Below are positions 13,036-25,559 of a stretch of 64,000 bases of DNA, in pieces (position 1 is the stretch's first letter; every line of letters starts with the position of its first letter). The DNA comes from Octopus sinensis (taxonomy: Eukaryota). The stretch lies in contig NC_043005.1 of assembly GCF_006345805.1 (NCBI RefSeq), positions 40,238,001-40,302,000 on the forward strand, read 5' to 3'. The translations under genes were made by a program, and so were the position numbers. Under the pieces are notes generated by a model. The model was not told the origin of the DNA. It made no database searches and saw nothing but the letters and a program-made list of their open reading frames with translations.

Positions 13036-14930
13036 GTATGTATGTATGTGTAGATAACAGTAGTTACAGGATCTGCCAGAGTTTAAGTGCATCAACACAT
13101 GACGTCAGACTGCTTAGGCATCGAGTTCCCAGTGACGTAAAAATAGCCATTACATGTCACACGTTGGTCATGTACTGCAGGTTTGTCGACAAGGTAGGTA
13201 CCAAAGCTGAAATAAACCTTAGATGTGACTCAGCACTTGACTGTTGTGATCTTTAATCAAGATTTTATCTACGGTTTAAATCTATGTGTATATATTTATT
13301 TCTTAAAAATTTTTTATTTTTATCTAGTTTCAGCTCACAAGCTGTGGCCATGCTGGGGCACCGCCATTTATATATATCTTTTTACGTTTTTATTCTTTTA
13401 CTTGTTTCAGTTATTTGTCAGCAGCCATGCTGGAGCACCACCTTGAAGGATTTTAGTCAAACAAATTGACCCCAGGACTTATTTTTCGTAAGCCTAGTAC
13501 TTATTTTACCAGTCTTCTTTGTCAAACTGCCAAGTTACAGAGATGTAAACACACCAACACTGGTTGTCAAGCGTTGATGGGGGGAACAAATGCAGACACA
13601 GAGACAAGTCACACACACACACATATATGATAGGCTTCTTTCAGTTTCCATCTACCAAATTCATTCACAAGGTTTTCGTCGGCCTGAAACTATAGTGGAA
13701 GACACTTGCCCAAGGTGCCATGCAGTGGTCCTGAACCTGGAACCATGTGGTTATAATTGTTTTTTAAAAATAAATAGACATAATATAAAGTCTAAAAGTT
13801 GATGAATACCACCTCTTGATCCCGTCCATTTTCTTATTGCTGTACATGTATATATATATATGTGTGTGTGTGTGTGTTTGTGTGTGTGTTTGTGTATATA
13901 TATATATGTGTGTGTGTGTGTTTGTGTATGTTTGTCCCCCCTCACCACCATCACTTGACACCTGACGTTGGTGTGTTTACGTCCCCGTAACTTAGCGGTT
14001 TGGCAAAAGAGAACAATAAAATAAGTACTAGGCTTACAAAGAACAAGTCCTGAGGTCAATCTGTTCAACTAAAGATGGTGCTCCAGCATGGCTGTAGTCA
14101 AATGACTGAAACAAATAAAAGAATAAAAAAATAAACGAACATATATATATGAAAGGTATTGGTATCCAGAAGACCCATTAGCCAGTACAATACACACATA
14201 TGTCTATAGAAACTTGACCATTATTTTATATCTTAGTATTCTCTTCCATTTCCAGGTTTACTACTTACTTTAGAACATCCGTCCATACCTTTTTTTGTAC
14301 CCATCCCTTAGTGCCATCCTAACATATCACTTATCCTCATACTCCTCACACACATTCATTCCTTACATTCTTATCTCTTCCTCTCCCTCCCCTTTTCCTC
14401 TCCGATCTCCCCTCATGATATCTTGACTACCAACTAACACTCCTTTTTTCACTTTTTCACTTTCACTTTTTCATTTGTTCTTTTTTTTTTTTCTCACTTT
14501 CTCTTCTTGTTTTCATTTTTTCTTCTTCTTTCTTTCCTTTTTCTTTTCTCACCTTTTCTTTTCGACCTTTCTCCTTATTTTAACATACACCTATATTCTC
14601 CCCTCTTTATCTATTATTACCACTACATTCTCAAAGTTTCATTCACACCACAAGACCCTTTTGAATGGGCAGTACATGGAATGTACATCTCCACACTTTC
14701 CGTTTGTAATGACAAAATATGAATTCCTATTGGAATTTACATACCATGGACATGAAGCATTTCTACACACCACTTTCCTTGGATAATGGAACTGTAACTA
14801 TAACATCTTTTATATTTTTATTTCTACTTTCATTTTCCTATTTCCCTCTATACTCCTCATTTCCATCTTTTTCCAAAATAACTCCTTATATTGAACTCTA
14901 ATAATTCCCTCTATTTAACCATTTCACATC

Positions 14931-14978
14931 GTCTCTGATGAAGAGATATCCCTAATATCCCAGAAACAGCTGTAAGAC
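14931..14978 (+). ncRNA. Minimal type I hammerhead ribozyme (PLE-type)
   Basis: GTCT CTGATGA a gagatat cccta atatccc a GAAAC agct GTA agac. Stem I GTCT/AGAC, intact core, palindromic stem III ACAGCTGT, GUA cleavage triplet; one stem II mismatch. Confidence 0.75.
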
Positions 14979-15169
14979 TATCCTTCACTTTATAAATGTC
15001 CTGAAAATTGCACACAGACTTGACTTTGCTGTCTCATTTTATTTAACACACACATACACATATGTGCATTTTCCTGTGTGTGTGTTGATGTATGTTGATT
15101 TATCTATCTATCTATTTATCTGTCTGTCTCCCGCTGTTCCCACACTCTCTCTTTATATGTATATACTTG

Positions 15170-15621
15170 CAAAGACCTGTTGAGGCAAGTGAAATCGTTG
15201 TCATGGCCAATGACAGTACTGCTTGATTAGCATCCATGCCAGTGGAACATTAGAAGCACCATTTGAGTGTGATTGCTACCAGGGCTTGCCAGAGTCACCT
15301 GACTAGCTCCTGTGCTGGTGGCATGTAAAAACACCATTTGAGCATCATCATTGCCAGTGTCGCCGGACTGGCTCCTGTACAGGTGGCACGTAAAAAGCAC
15401 CATTTGAGCATGGTCAATGCCAGTATCACCTGACTGGCCCTCATGCCGGTGGCATGTAAAAGCACCCACTACACTCTTGGAGTGGTTGGTGTTGGGAAGG
15501 GCATCCAGCTGTAGAAACTTTGCCAGATCAGATTGGAGTCTGGTGCAGCCTTCTGGCTTGCCAGCCCTCAGTCAAACCGCCCAAACCATGCCAGCATGGA
15601 AAGCAGACATTAAACGACGAC

Positions 15622-15660
<39 letters not shown>
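15170..15660 (+). mobile_element. RTE 3'UTR-derived repeat with internal ~60-bp tandem units and (GAT)n tail
   Basis: Three to four units with ggtggca(c/t)gtaaaa(a)gcacc, then gggcatccagctgtagaaac and a ttaaacgacgacgatgat tail. Related pieces at about 10905, 11505, 24130, 38480, 39540, 40920, 49675, 56710, 59400 and 62355. Confidence 0.75.
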
Positions 15661-15930
15661 AATATCTACATATTAATATGCTAAGACCAAAATGCATTAT
15701 GTTGTCATGTGATTAGCAGAAGGGAGAGGTAAAAAGAAAGAGTAAAAGAAGGAGGAAGTAAAGAAAGAGAGAAAAAAAGAGTAAGAGAGAAGCATCCATG
15801 ATGTGAGGTGGGATGAGTATAATACCTATTATGTGGTTAAAGAGTTATTTGAAGGGAGTAATATAGAGAGAGTTAGAAATACAATGTTTAGCAGGAGGAG
15901 GATGTTCTGGTGGTGATGTTAAAGAAAGAT

Positions 15931-15971
<41 letters not shown>

Positions 15972-17380
15972 TGATGGCAGTGAGTGAATAGTGAAAAGTA
16001 TCTTTTTCTAAAATTGAACTAAATTTTTTATATTGCCCATCACTTTATGCATGCACATAAGTGCAATAATTAATTGTCTGCTCATTTGAAAATTGATATC
16101 AGTTTTTAAAGTGTGGATGACAGACAATGTAGGCTAACAACAGAAAGAATGTGATCATATAGGCCATGATGTAAAGAGAAACAGAGGGTCAAAACATTAG
16201 AACAAGTATGGAAGCATCTGTGTGTAGAAGGGAAAATACAAATCAAAGAGTGCTGAGCTAGTATTTACCACAGATAAGTGAAAGTGTTCAAGCTAGAATA
16301 GAAAATGTAAATGAGAGAGAATGTAAACAAACTTGTAAACATGCTTGGAAGGTTAGAACATTGATGACATGAATATTCTTTGAAATCAATGTGAAGCCCT
16401 TAGATATATAAATGAACTTCAGAATTGCTGAGAGAATGGGGAAGGTGTGCTCCTTCCATTACAACCTATACAGAAAAACTAAAAGGTGTTTTTAAATGGA
16501 AATAATTCTGAATATACAATTTATAAAGGAACACTAATTTTTATGGTGCTATATAAACTTACAAACATCTAAAAAAATTTCATATTCACTGTGGAATTTC
16601 CACAGGTACTGCTTGTATATATAATTCCAGAATGGAGGGACCTGTGAGTAATTGGTAGAGTGGTCTATTCTGTTCCATTCTACTAGCATTCCTTGCAACC
16701 TTGCTCAGCAAATGTATTGATTCTCTCATTCCTCTAAAGCCAATCAACATTACTAGGAGAGCTGGACTAAACACTGTTCTTTTGTTAGGCACTTCAGGTA
16801 AAAGCAACATTATGGCTACAGCAGCATCCAGTTGACATAGTGGACATTCCATCCAAACATAGGCAGAATGGAACCAATATAGGAAGAATAATCATGGTTT
16901 ATAAGTCTTCTCCAATTGACATTCAGAGGGGGTGTCACAAGCCAACTCTGTTGGTGGGAGTAACTTTGCCATTGCACTGATAAACTACTGCTTGTCTCAA
17001 GCTAGGTAACTATCAAACAGCAAAGTGCTAATCAAAGACTTCTGTAAAAGCATTTGATTAAGTTGTCATACTGATTACAAGAAACAGGAAAGTGTTGCTA
17101 ATAACAGCACATCTTGGAGAGCAGTAATTGACAGTGCTGCTATTACTGTAAGATAGGAGAGATATGCAGCTTTCCACTTGAAACAATAAAGAGGAAAGGA
17201 AAAATAATGCAAACAAGAAACACTTCACTGTTTTCTGGTTTCCATGCAAGTCTTTTCATCTCAACATTAAAGGAAATCCATGCACATAGCTGCAAAAAGC
17301 TGTAACGTTGCAGTTTGGACTATTGATAACAAACATCGTATGTATGTAAGTATGTATGTATGTATGTATGTATGTATGTA

Positions 17381-17422
<42 letters not shown>

Positions 17423-17441
17423 TGTGTGGGTGTGTGGGTGT

Positions 17442-17476
<35 letters not shown>

Positions 17477-17559
17477 CTTCTGCCTTTAATTATTTAAATT
17501 CTTCTGAAGAAGAAGGAGCTGTTTTCTAAACAAAGAAACAAAGCTCCATCATTGGATGT

Positions 17560-18850
17560 AGATAACAAAAGCAATGTCACATTTTAAACATGAGTAAAGT
17601 CTTGCATATTTCTATTGTTCCACTTACAGATTGTATTTGTAATGTGAAAATTAGGTGGTTGATTTCTATTCCTGAAAACCCCAGATTATCCAAATTGTCA
17701 CTTAGATATTGACTCACAAAAACCAAGTGCACCAATTATTATTGGTATAAATGTGAAATTATAATCTGGATAAGGGAGCTGGAGGTTTCAAAGTAGTTGT
17801 CCACAGTTATCCGCTTTCTCTTTGATTTTCAAAGGGATATTCACAACAGCATGACAGCTGATCTCTATGACAGTGCATCCTTTTTATTCTCTCTCCCAAA
17901 TGACAATATCTGGCCTGTTATGTTTAAACTTCACTGATGCTTTGATAGGAATGTTCCACCAGTATTCCTTGTGTTGATGTTTGTGTATGTGTTCAGTAAT
18001 AGGGAGACTCTCTGTATTTATTCTACAACAGTCTTTTTTCTCAATTGTTTCTATATTGTTTTTGTGACAATGTCATGTTGCATAGGGAGTTAGTACCTTG
18101 ATGATATTTCTAGACAGCTGCTAATCACATGTCTGATGTCTTCCACAAAAATATGATACCATCTATATTTTCGGTTGCATCTTGGAGCTCCCAGGGTTTC
18201 ACTGTCCTTTTGTTTATTAGGAATTTTGTAGTAATCTCCTGTTCCTAAATTGCAAATGCATAGCCTTTGAAGTGTGATGTGATATAGTAGCCACGAGTCC
18301 AAGAGAGGCTGCACTTCATGTTGATATTACTGTTGTCTTCAAGTGTTTGGGAAGCACACCCATGAATAGTCTTTCTTTGGAATGCTAAGTGCTTCACATT
18401 CAGGTCTCCCTTGAGGTATATTAGTCCTGGCTGTTTTGGGATCATCAGGAAGGAAATGCTTCCTGTGGAGCTCACTGCAAACATGTAGGATATTGTTTTC
18501 TTCCATTTTCAGCACTGAGGAGCTTGCTGCCAACGTGTAGGACATCATTCTCTTCCCTTTCCAACACTAAGTTAACCTGCTTATTTTTGAGACTGTTGTT
18601 TAGTAAATGCTATCTGGAAGAGACTATTTGACATTCAAAGGCTGTCTGCCCTCATCTCAACCCTCTACCACATTTGTTTCTTCTTAGGTAGAAGATATCG
18701 ACATCATCATTTCTGTGGAGATTTCCAGTTGATGTCAGAATATTGTGGGTTTTAACATCTATGGATTGGATTTCCTCTTCAGAACAATCAAGTATCCCAA
18801 ATGTTGGAATTAGCACTGGTACTGAAAATGCATTGTGGGTTACTGCCTTG
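17560..18850 (-). mobile_element. R4/Dong-type non-LTR retrotransposon remnant (RT C-terminus + restriction-like endonuclease)
   Basis: KAVTHNAFSVPVLIPTFGILD..IDVKTH..GNLHRNDDVDIFYLRRNKCGRGL, then KHNRPDIVIWERE..CTVIEISC..NIPLKIKEK..FIPIIIGALG (PD-(D/E)xK RLE motif). Confidence 0.75.
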
Positions 18851-19424
18851 TATGTATGTATGTATGTATACACACACACATTTATATATATCATGGGATA
18901 TCACAGTATTAATCGGACTATTGGATGGATGTTATTACATATTGCTGGTCAGCTTTTGAATGATACTATCACACTGGCTAGGCAAGTAGGCTAACTTTCC
19001 CCCTAACCAGAAAGCTATTTAATCACAGCGTTAACCATTTACAGCTGAGTGGACTGTAGCAACATGAAATGGAGTGTTTTGCTCAAAAACACAATGTGCT
19101 GCTCAGTCCAGGAATTGAACTCACAATCTAGAGATCAAGAGTGGGAACAAACTTTATATAAGTTGTTTAAAAAAAAAACTAGACAGAAACAGAAAAAGAA
19201 ATGACTTCAGAAAACTGTTTTCCTCAACTTATGGGGTTACTTATATACAGACATTTTTCAAACAATATTATAACCCAAAACAATAAATTGCCTCCTCAGA
19301 AGGAAATGGAAAGAGGAATGACTCATTAATCATATGAAACTTATGATTCCTTTCCTCTAAATATCTATCATTACCTGAGGTAAGCACACCTATCCTATTA
19401 CTCAATTTCTTTAATCAACAAAGC

Positions 19425-19542
19425 TGAGAAAGAGACAGTCCTATTTTTTTTGTTGACTCAGTAACTAATAGTTACAGACACATTCCATTAATATGTAACT
19501 ATTAGTTACTGAGTCAACAAAAAAATAGGACTCTCTTTCTCA
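19425..19542. repeat. 118-bp hairpin (probable MITE)
   Basis: Arms of about 50 bp (tgagaaagag..gttgactcagtaactaatagttaca and its reverse complement) with a 17-nt loop. Confidence 0.75.
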
Positions 19543-20699
19543 TATAAATATGTGTGTGTATATGTATGTATATGCATATATATTTATGTCTGTGTCTTTG
19601 TTTGTCCTCCTGCCATTGCTTGACAACTGTTGTTGGTATGTTTGTGTTCCTGTAATATAGCAGTTTGGTAATGAGACCAAAAGAATAAGTACTAGGCTTA
19701 CAAAAATAAGTACTGGGGTCGAATTCTTTGACTAAAACCCTTTAAGACAGCGCTCCAGCATGGCCACAGTCAAATGACTGAAACATGTAAAAAAAATAAA
19801 AGTAAAAGAAAAAATAAACAAAAAGATGATACTTGCCCAATAGGAAATATATAGTAAGAGTTGTACTTTTGCTAGGTTTCTAACTAAAGCTGGTCATGGT
19901 TCCCATCTCAAACAGTATTCGCATTAAAGTTAGTGATACTTATTTTATCAAAAACGGGCACCTGTAAATGGTCGATTTACTTGCTAGAAATAGCATCCAA
20001 ATCTTCCTCAAATTATACTCTAAAAACAAAGTCTGCTTTGAGTCTACTGAATCATGTGGCCAGAACTTATCCAGATTCTCAAAGTGTTTAGGTTAAGAGT
20101 CTTAGACTCCCTCTTGGCCAAGACAAGTTAACACCTGCCAGATATCACAAGCTTAATACTCAGATATCACTATTACTCATTTTCAGTTAAGAGCACAAAA
20201 GCAATGTGAAATAAAGTACTGTGTTCATAGACACAAGACATCATTCTGTCCATGAACCAAACCCATGACAACAATCAAAAGCCCAACACCTAAGCACAAA
20301 GCTCTTTCATCACTTCCGTCCTACTATTTTCTAAGCAAACAAAAAGAACACATTACTTAATGTAATCCTAGATACATGGTATCTAAGAACAGACTTGATG
20401 GTTATGGCTGAAATGTCTTTCATCATAGGTCTTCTTAAGCTGGCAGTTCCTGGAACTACACAACCAATAAATCAACTGGGAAATGAAGAGAGGTCTACTT
20501 GGACTATATCTATGGATATGAGATTACTTCCTATGATATGAGTAAGAATTTGTATCTAACTTTGACACTTCTATTATCGTTTTATATTACTGCCTCTAAA
20601 GTTAAGATAGATAACAAGTCAATGCAGCATTTCTAGGTAATAACCAAACCTTCTAAATATAACAGCTAATCATCATCATCATGATCATTAAAGCAGTGT

Positions 20700-21009
20700 G
20701 CTGGCAGAATTGTTACTGTGCTGGACAAAATGTTTAGCCGTATCTCGAGGAAGAATAGTGGGTTGTATGAGGTGGCTGGGGTGAATACAAGATTAACTTT
20801 GTTTCTGTTAATGGAATCAGTGCAGCTTTAGTGTGAGGTATCTAGCTGTATGTGGATGACACTTGACAATAGGTTAGAGAGGGTCGATGGGTAATATTAT
20901 TACATATACACTGGCATGAATAAAGATGATGACAAGTACTTTGTTGATGTATAGGAAGAAGAGTATTGGGAACATAACCAAATTTTGGAGCACATCAGAG
21001 TAGATAGAG

Positions 21010-21044
<35 letters not shown>

Positions 21045-21730
21045 CTGTTAGCACATGCCATGATGGTGTGATCTGCCAAAAAAACATCAATCTTAGAAAT
21101 AGCAGACAGATGGAGTCATAAGCAAGCAGTTTAGGAAAGAGAATCCAATATGCAGTATGGAATTAGATGCAAGGCAAGCAGCAAATGAGGAAGCTAATTC
21201 CAAAGAAGTTCAGCTAACTGAAGCATCATGGTTAAAATCTTCTGCAGTATATTTGCGAAAGGACCATTTGGAGGATATAGAGTGAACTGTTGTGGTTATG
21301 TATGGGATGTGGAGAGACTTGCCTAAGAGGATGGCTTCAGTCACCAGCTGATCTGTTTCAGATAAGTCAAGGGCAAGGTAGGGGTTGGATTTGGTAGGGA
21401 CTGGGTTTAGAGGTGAGAAATAGACCAAAAGTATTTGGAGTACACTTGTCAGTCAGGGATACATGTAAGGGGATGAAACTAATTAATGTATAAAGGGAGG
21501 TATTGAAATATTTGGTGTTCTGCACTAGCAACAAAAACATAGGATGAATGTGAACGCCAAGAAAGGTTGTGAGGATTGAAGTCACAAGGATAACGACTTC
21601 AGAGAGGAGTGAAATGAAACATATGTCCTCAAGGCAGGTAGCAATATAGTCAGAATTGGTAACTGAAGTCCAGAGGATGACAGATGAAGGGGACGAGTTT
21701 AGAGGGGTGGGTGAGTGAGACATTGAAAAA
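20700..21730 (-). mobile_element. CR1/L2-type LINE APE endonuclease remnant
   Basis: VIL(G)DFNPHN is recovered across a 1-nt frameshift; pyrimidine-rich coding-strand composition; many stops. Confidence 0.5.
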
Positions 21731-23436
21731 GAGCAAGTGAAAGTCTTTGTTTTTGCTACCTAGATGAAAGAGTTTAAGGAGAGACAGTGGTATTTACATA
21801 TACATTTAAACATCACTTTTTCAGGATGAAGTTTGATTATAGATGAAACCTGGACAACAGAAATAGATTACAGGTAAGAGATTTGGATTTGAATTGGATT
21901 GTAGATAAGAAACTATAGCTGAGAAATTTGTGTACTGGAGAAAAATAACATATGTGGCCTGTGTGTTAATAAGAAACAAAATGTAGGATCTACATTGGAT
22001 CAGAGTTCACAAATATTAAAAGAAAAAAAGGGACAATTGTCCAGTGAGTTTAATGTCATTTTTTGACATCTAGAGACATAAAAAGAGAGTCAGAGTGCAG
22101 TGAGGATTGCAGTAATGATAATTCCCAAGCAGGAACCTAGTCTGAATGCTTACAACAGATCAAAAACTGTTAAAGATATGAATGGGCCAGGGTGATATGG
22201 AACAATGGAGTCCAGAAATAGACTCCACTGATCAATACTAGAAAATAAAAATAATTTGATGAGGCTAGTATTATTAGACTTAGGTTTTGTAGTAAGAGGT
22301 AATACATCATTAAAGAGAGAACTATCCTTTGGTCCACAAACTAGAGAACTTGTTTTTATATAATTATGGAAGAGTCAAGTAGCCAAGGTCAGAAGGTTTA
22401 ATTGTGAGTTTCATTATGTTCTCAGTGCTTGCATATTCATGTCTAATGTTGATAGTAACCATCACATATCAAACTAATTTATGGTTGCAGTGAAAGGAGT
22501 GGCATGGTGGTCAAGACTGAATGATCCTACCTAAGGAACTCTTCCTTTATTGTTTCTCAACAGCATTATTTGAAGACAAAGAGGAGGACTGAGAAAGCAA
22601 TCATGATTTAAATCATATTTTATTAAAGGAAATGAGTAGTGGTGGATTAAAATTTTTTGTGTTATTGCCAAGATGTGTTGCTCTCACTTGCCTGCACTGA
22701 AACACTTAAGGGTATAATGTCTTGCTTTGACTATGGTCTTGTTGTTTCCTCAAACGTCAGCACCTCCTTGCACAAGCAAATGCAAATTAGTATATTATTT
22801 GTATGATCAAGTGAAGTGTGGTGAATGAGTGCTTTAGTTATTGTGCTTGGGTGCATTTGAAATGTGTTACATTTACTATAAACAGATCAAGAAGCAAATT
22901 AGATTTTAACTTGTATTTGGACCTTTAAATCAACGTGACATTGATCAAGAAACTGAGTGGTAGTGAAATATTACCACTGATTTTTTTCCAAAGAAACAGA
23001 TAGTGAAAATGCTAGTGAGGAAGAGTATCTTTCTTCTGATGTATAAAACATTTCACACCCAATTGCACGATTAAGATGATTTTCATTTGTAGCGTTTTTA
23101 TTAGACATTGTCATGCATAATGCAGGTCATTTAATTGAAATAAAAATGTTTTGAACATACAATTGTGACTTCCATCTTTATAGTATTGTTTTTTTTTTTA
23201 GAATTCTTTTTTTACTTGTTTTAGTCATAACACAGCAGCCATGTTGGGGAACCACCTTGAAGAATTTTAGTTAAACAAATCGACCCAGTACTTTTTTAAA
23301 GCCTAGTACTTGTTCTATTGGTCTCTTTTGCTGAACCGCTAAGTTATGGGGCATAAACACACCAATGCCAGTTGTCAAGCGATGGTGGTGGATTAACAGA
23401 GACACAGACACATACACACTAGCTCCACCCCCATGT

Positions 23437-23780
23437 ATATATGAAAGAAATGAAGCCAGTATGCTCTGCTGGATGGGTAATGTCAGTGTGCATATATGAC
23501 AAAGTGTAAGTGATCTGAGAGAAAAACTGGGTATACAAGACATCAGATGTAGTGTGCAAGAGAGAAGACTGCACTGGTATGGCCATGTAATGTGTATGAA
23601 TGAAGACAGCTGCATCAAGAAGTGCTGGTCTCCAACTGTAGAGGGAAGATGTAGACGGAGTAGACCCAGGAAGATGTGGTTGAAGTGGTGAGAAAGGATC
23701 TGCAGATGTTGGGACTCACAGAGGGGATGACAGGGGACCAAGAGTTTGTTGTGCTTGAGAAAACATGCCAAGCTAAGTAA
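23437..23780 (+). mobile_element. RTE ORF C-terminal remnant
   Basis: Nucleotide and peptide match to the 30.3-30.7 kb RTE segment (RNEASM..QERRL.WYGHV..GRPRK). Similar remnants at about 50190-50560 (-), 56710-57000 (+) and 32100-32330 (-). Confidence 0.75.
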
Positions 23781-24819
23781 AACCATGGTTGTCCTTGCTT
23801 ACAGGCTTTCTTCTGCATCCCTCTTCAGCTGAGCATTCCTAATGCCATTGGCTTGTAGGTGCTGGTGCCACATAAAAACCACCCATACCTATTTCTTTAC
23901 TACCCACAATGGGATAAACACAGAGGGGACAAACAAGGACAGACAAACAGATTAAGTTGATTACATCGACCCCAGTGCGTAACTGGTGCTTAATTTATCG
24001 ACCCCAAAAGGATGAAAGACAAAGTTGACCTCAGCGGAACATGAACTCAGAATGTAGCAGCAGACGAAATATCGCTAGGCATCTCGCCTGGCGTGCTAAC
24101 AATTCTGCCTGCTCACTGCCTTCAAAACCACCCATACCAGCACCTATGTTGGTGCTGTGTAAAAACACCCAGTACACTCTGTAAAGTGGTTGGCATTAAG
24201 AAGGGCATATAGGCATAGAAACCATGCCAAAACAGACATGGGGCCTGGGCAGCTCTGCAGCTGACCAGCTCCTGTCAGGCCACACAATCCAGACGTTAAA
24301 TGATGATGGTGATGAGGCTTCTTTCAGTTTTTGTCTATCAAATCCATTTACAAGGCTTTGATCAGCCCCCAGGCTGTATTAGGAGACACTTGTCCAAAGT
24401 GGCATACAGTGGGACTGAACCTGGAACTATGTGACTAGAAAGCAAACTTCTTACCACACAGCTATTTCTAATCTGTGGAGAATTAAGATCTAGTGGCTAA
24501 GGGTTTGAAGAACAGTTTTTAGAAGATGCATCACAGGGGTCTCCTCAAGCAGTGGGCCTTCACAAGCAGCAGGGCCTCTGGGGATTAATATTGAAAAGGT
24601 ATCGGAAACATTACTTGGTAGCCTCCAGGTATTTGTAGTGCAGTGGCCTATAAAACCTTTATCAATCTCTGTAAGTGAGAATGATAAGTACAGCAAAGAA
24701 AAAGGGAGTGTTTGAATGTCTATGGAAGTGTGACCTAAGTAGATATCCAACTTTAAAAATATTTTAATTGATCTAGTTATATATGCACGTATATTTGTAC
24801 ACACACACACACACGTATA

Positions 24820-25559
24820 AGCGTGCATGTGTGAAGTGCGCGTGAACATCAGAGAAAGAGGGAGAGGGAGGGAGGGAGCGATCGATAGTTACATAATCAT
24901 TTAAATATTTCTTACAAAATCCAGACGAGTATTCAACCGAACACGTTGAATGATTAATTATTTAGATTGACGAACGTTTAACCTCGCGTTACCGATAATT
25001 CGCTCGTCACTTCTATATTTTCTATATTTGATTTATATGTATGACTTTGAATTAAAAAAAAAAATGTTGTTTCGTTGACGAATGAAGCTAAAATTTGATA
25101 GTTTAAAAAAAAAAAAAATATATATATTTTAATTATGCACAAAGGTGAGAATAGCGCTGGCTCATCTTCAATGACACAACGAGGTCAAGATGAACGATGT
25201 AGGAACGACTGGAGTCTGAACAAAATAAAAATAAAAATAAACAACAAGGGAGACAACCGTTATTTAGGTCTCTTAACTCTCCATGACCGAACGAGAGAAA
25301 GAGAAAGGGAGAAAGTAAATGAGAAAGTGTAACAGCAGATAACGATACACACAACACGTTATTTGAAGAAGACGTTTATAATGGTGATGTACTGTGTTAC
25401 TATTGTTAATAGTGTATAGCTTCGTTTGTTTTTATATGTGAAGAGAAGTAGAAAGGAAAAAAACATCCTTGATATGACCCGTTTGTTGATTAAGGTTATG
25501 TATTATGGACCGATTTGCACAACATTGGACCACTAACTTTACGCTGTCAAATCCACATG
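24820..25559 (+). promoter_or_regulatory. Candidate CpG-rich promoter and first non-coding exon of the Roco gene
   Basis: Local CpG enrichment in unique sequence; candidate donor catg|gtaagg at 25559/25560; T-rich + strand downstream. No direct transcript evidence. Confidence 0.3.

Noticed and set aside
16500-16900. 88-aa minus-strand ORF and a faint CR1/L2-like signal on the + strand (WNFHR.., CIDSLIP)
   Set aside because: Too weak to assign without a profile search.
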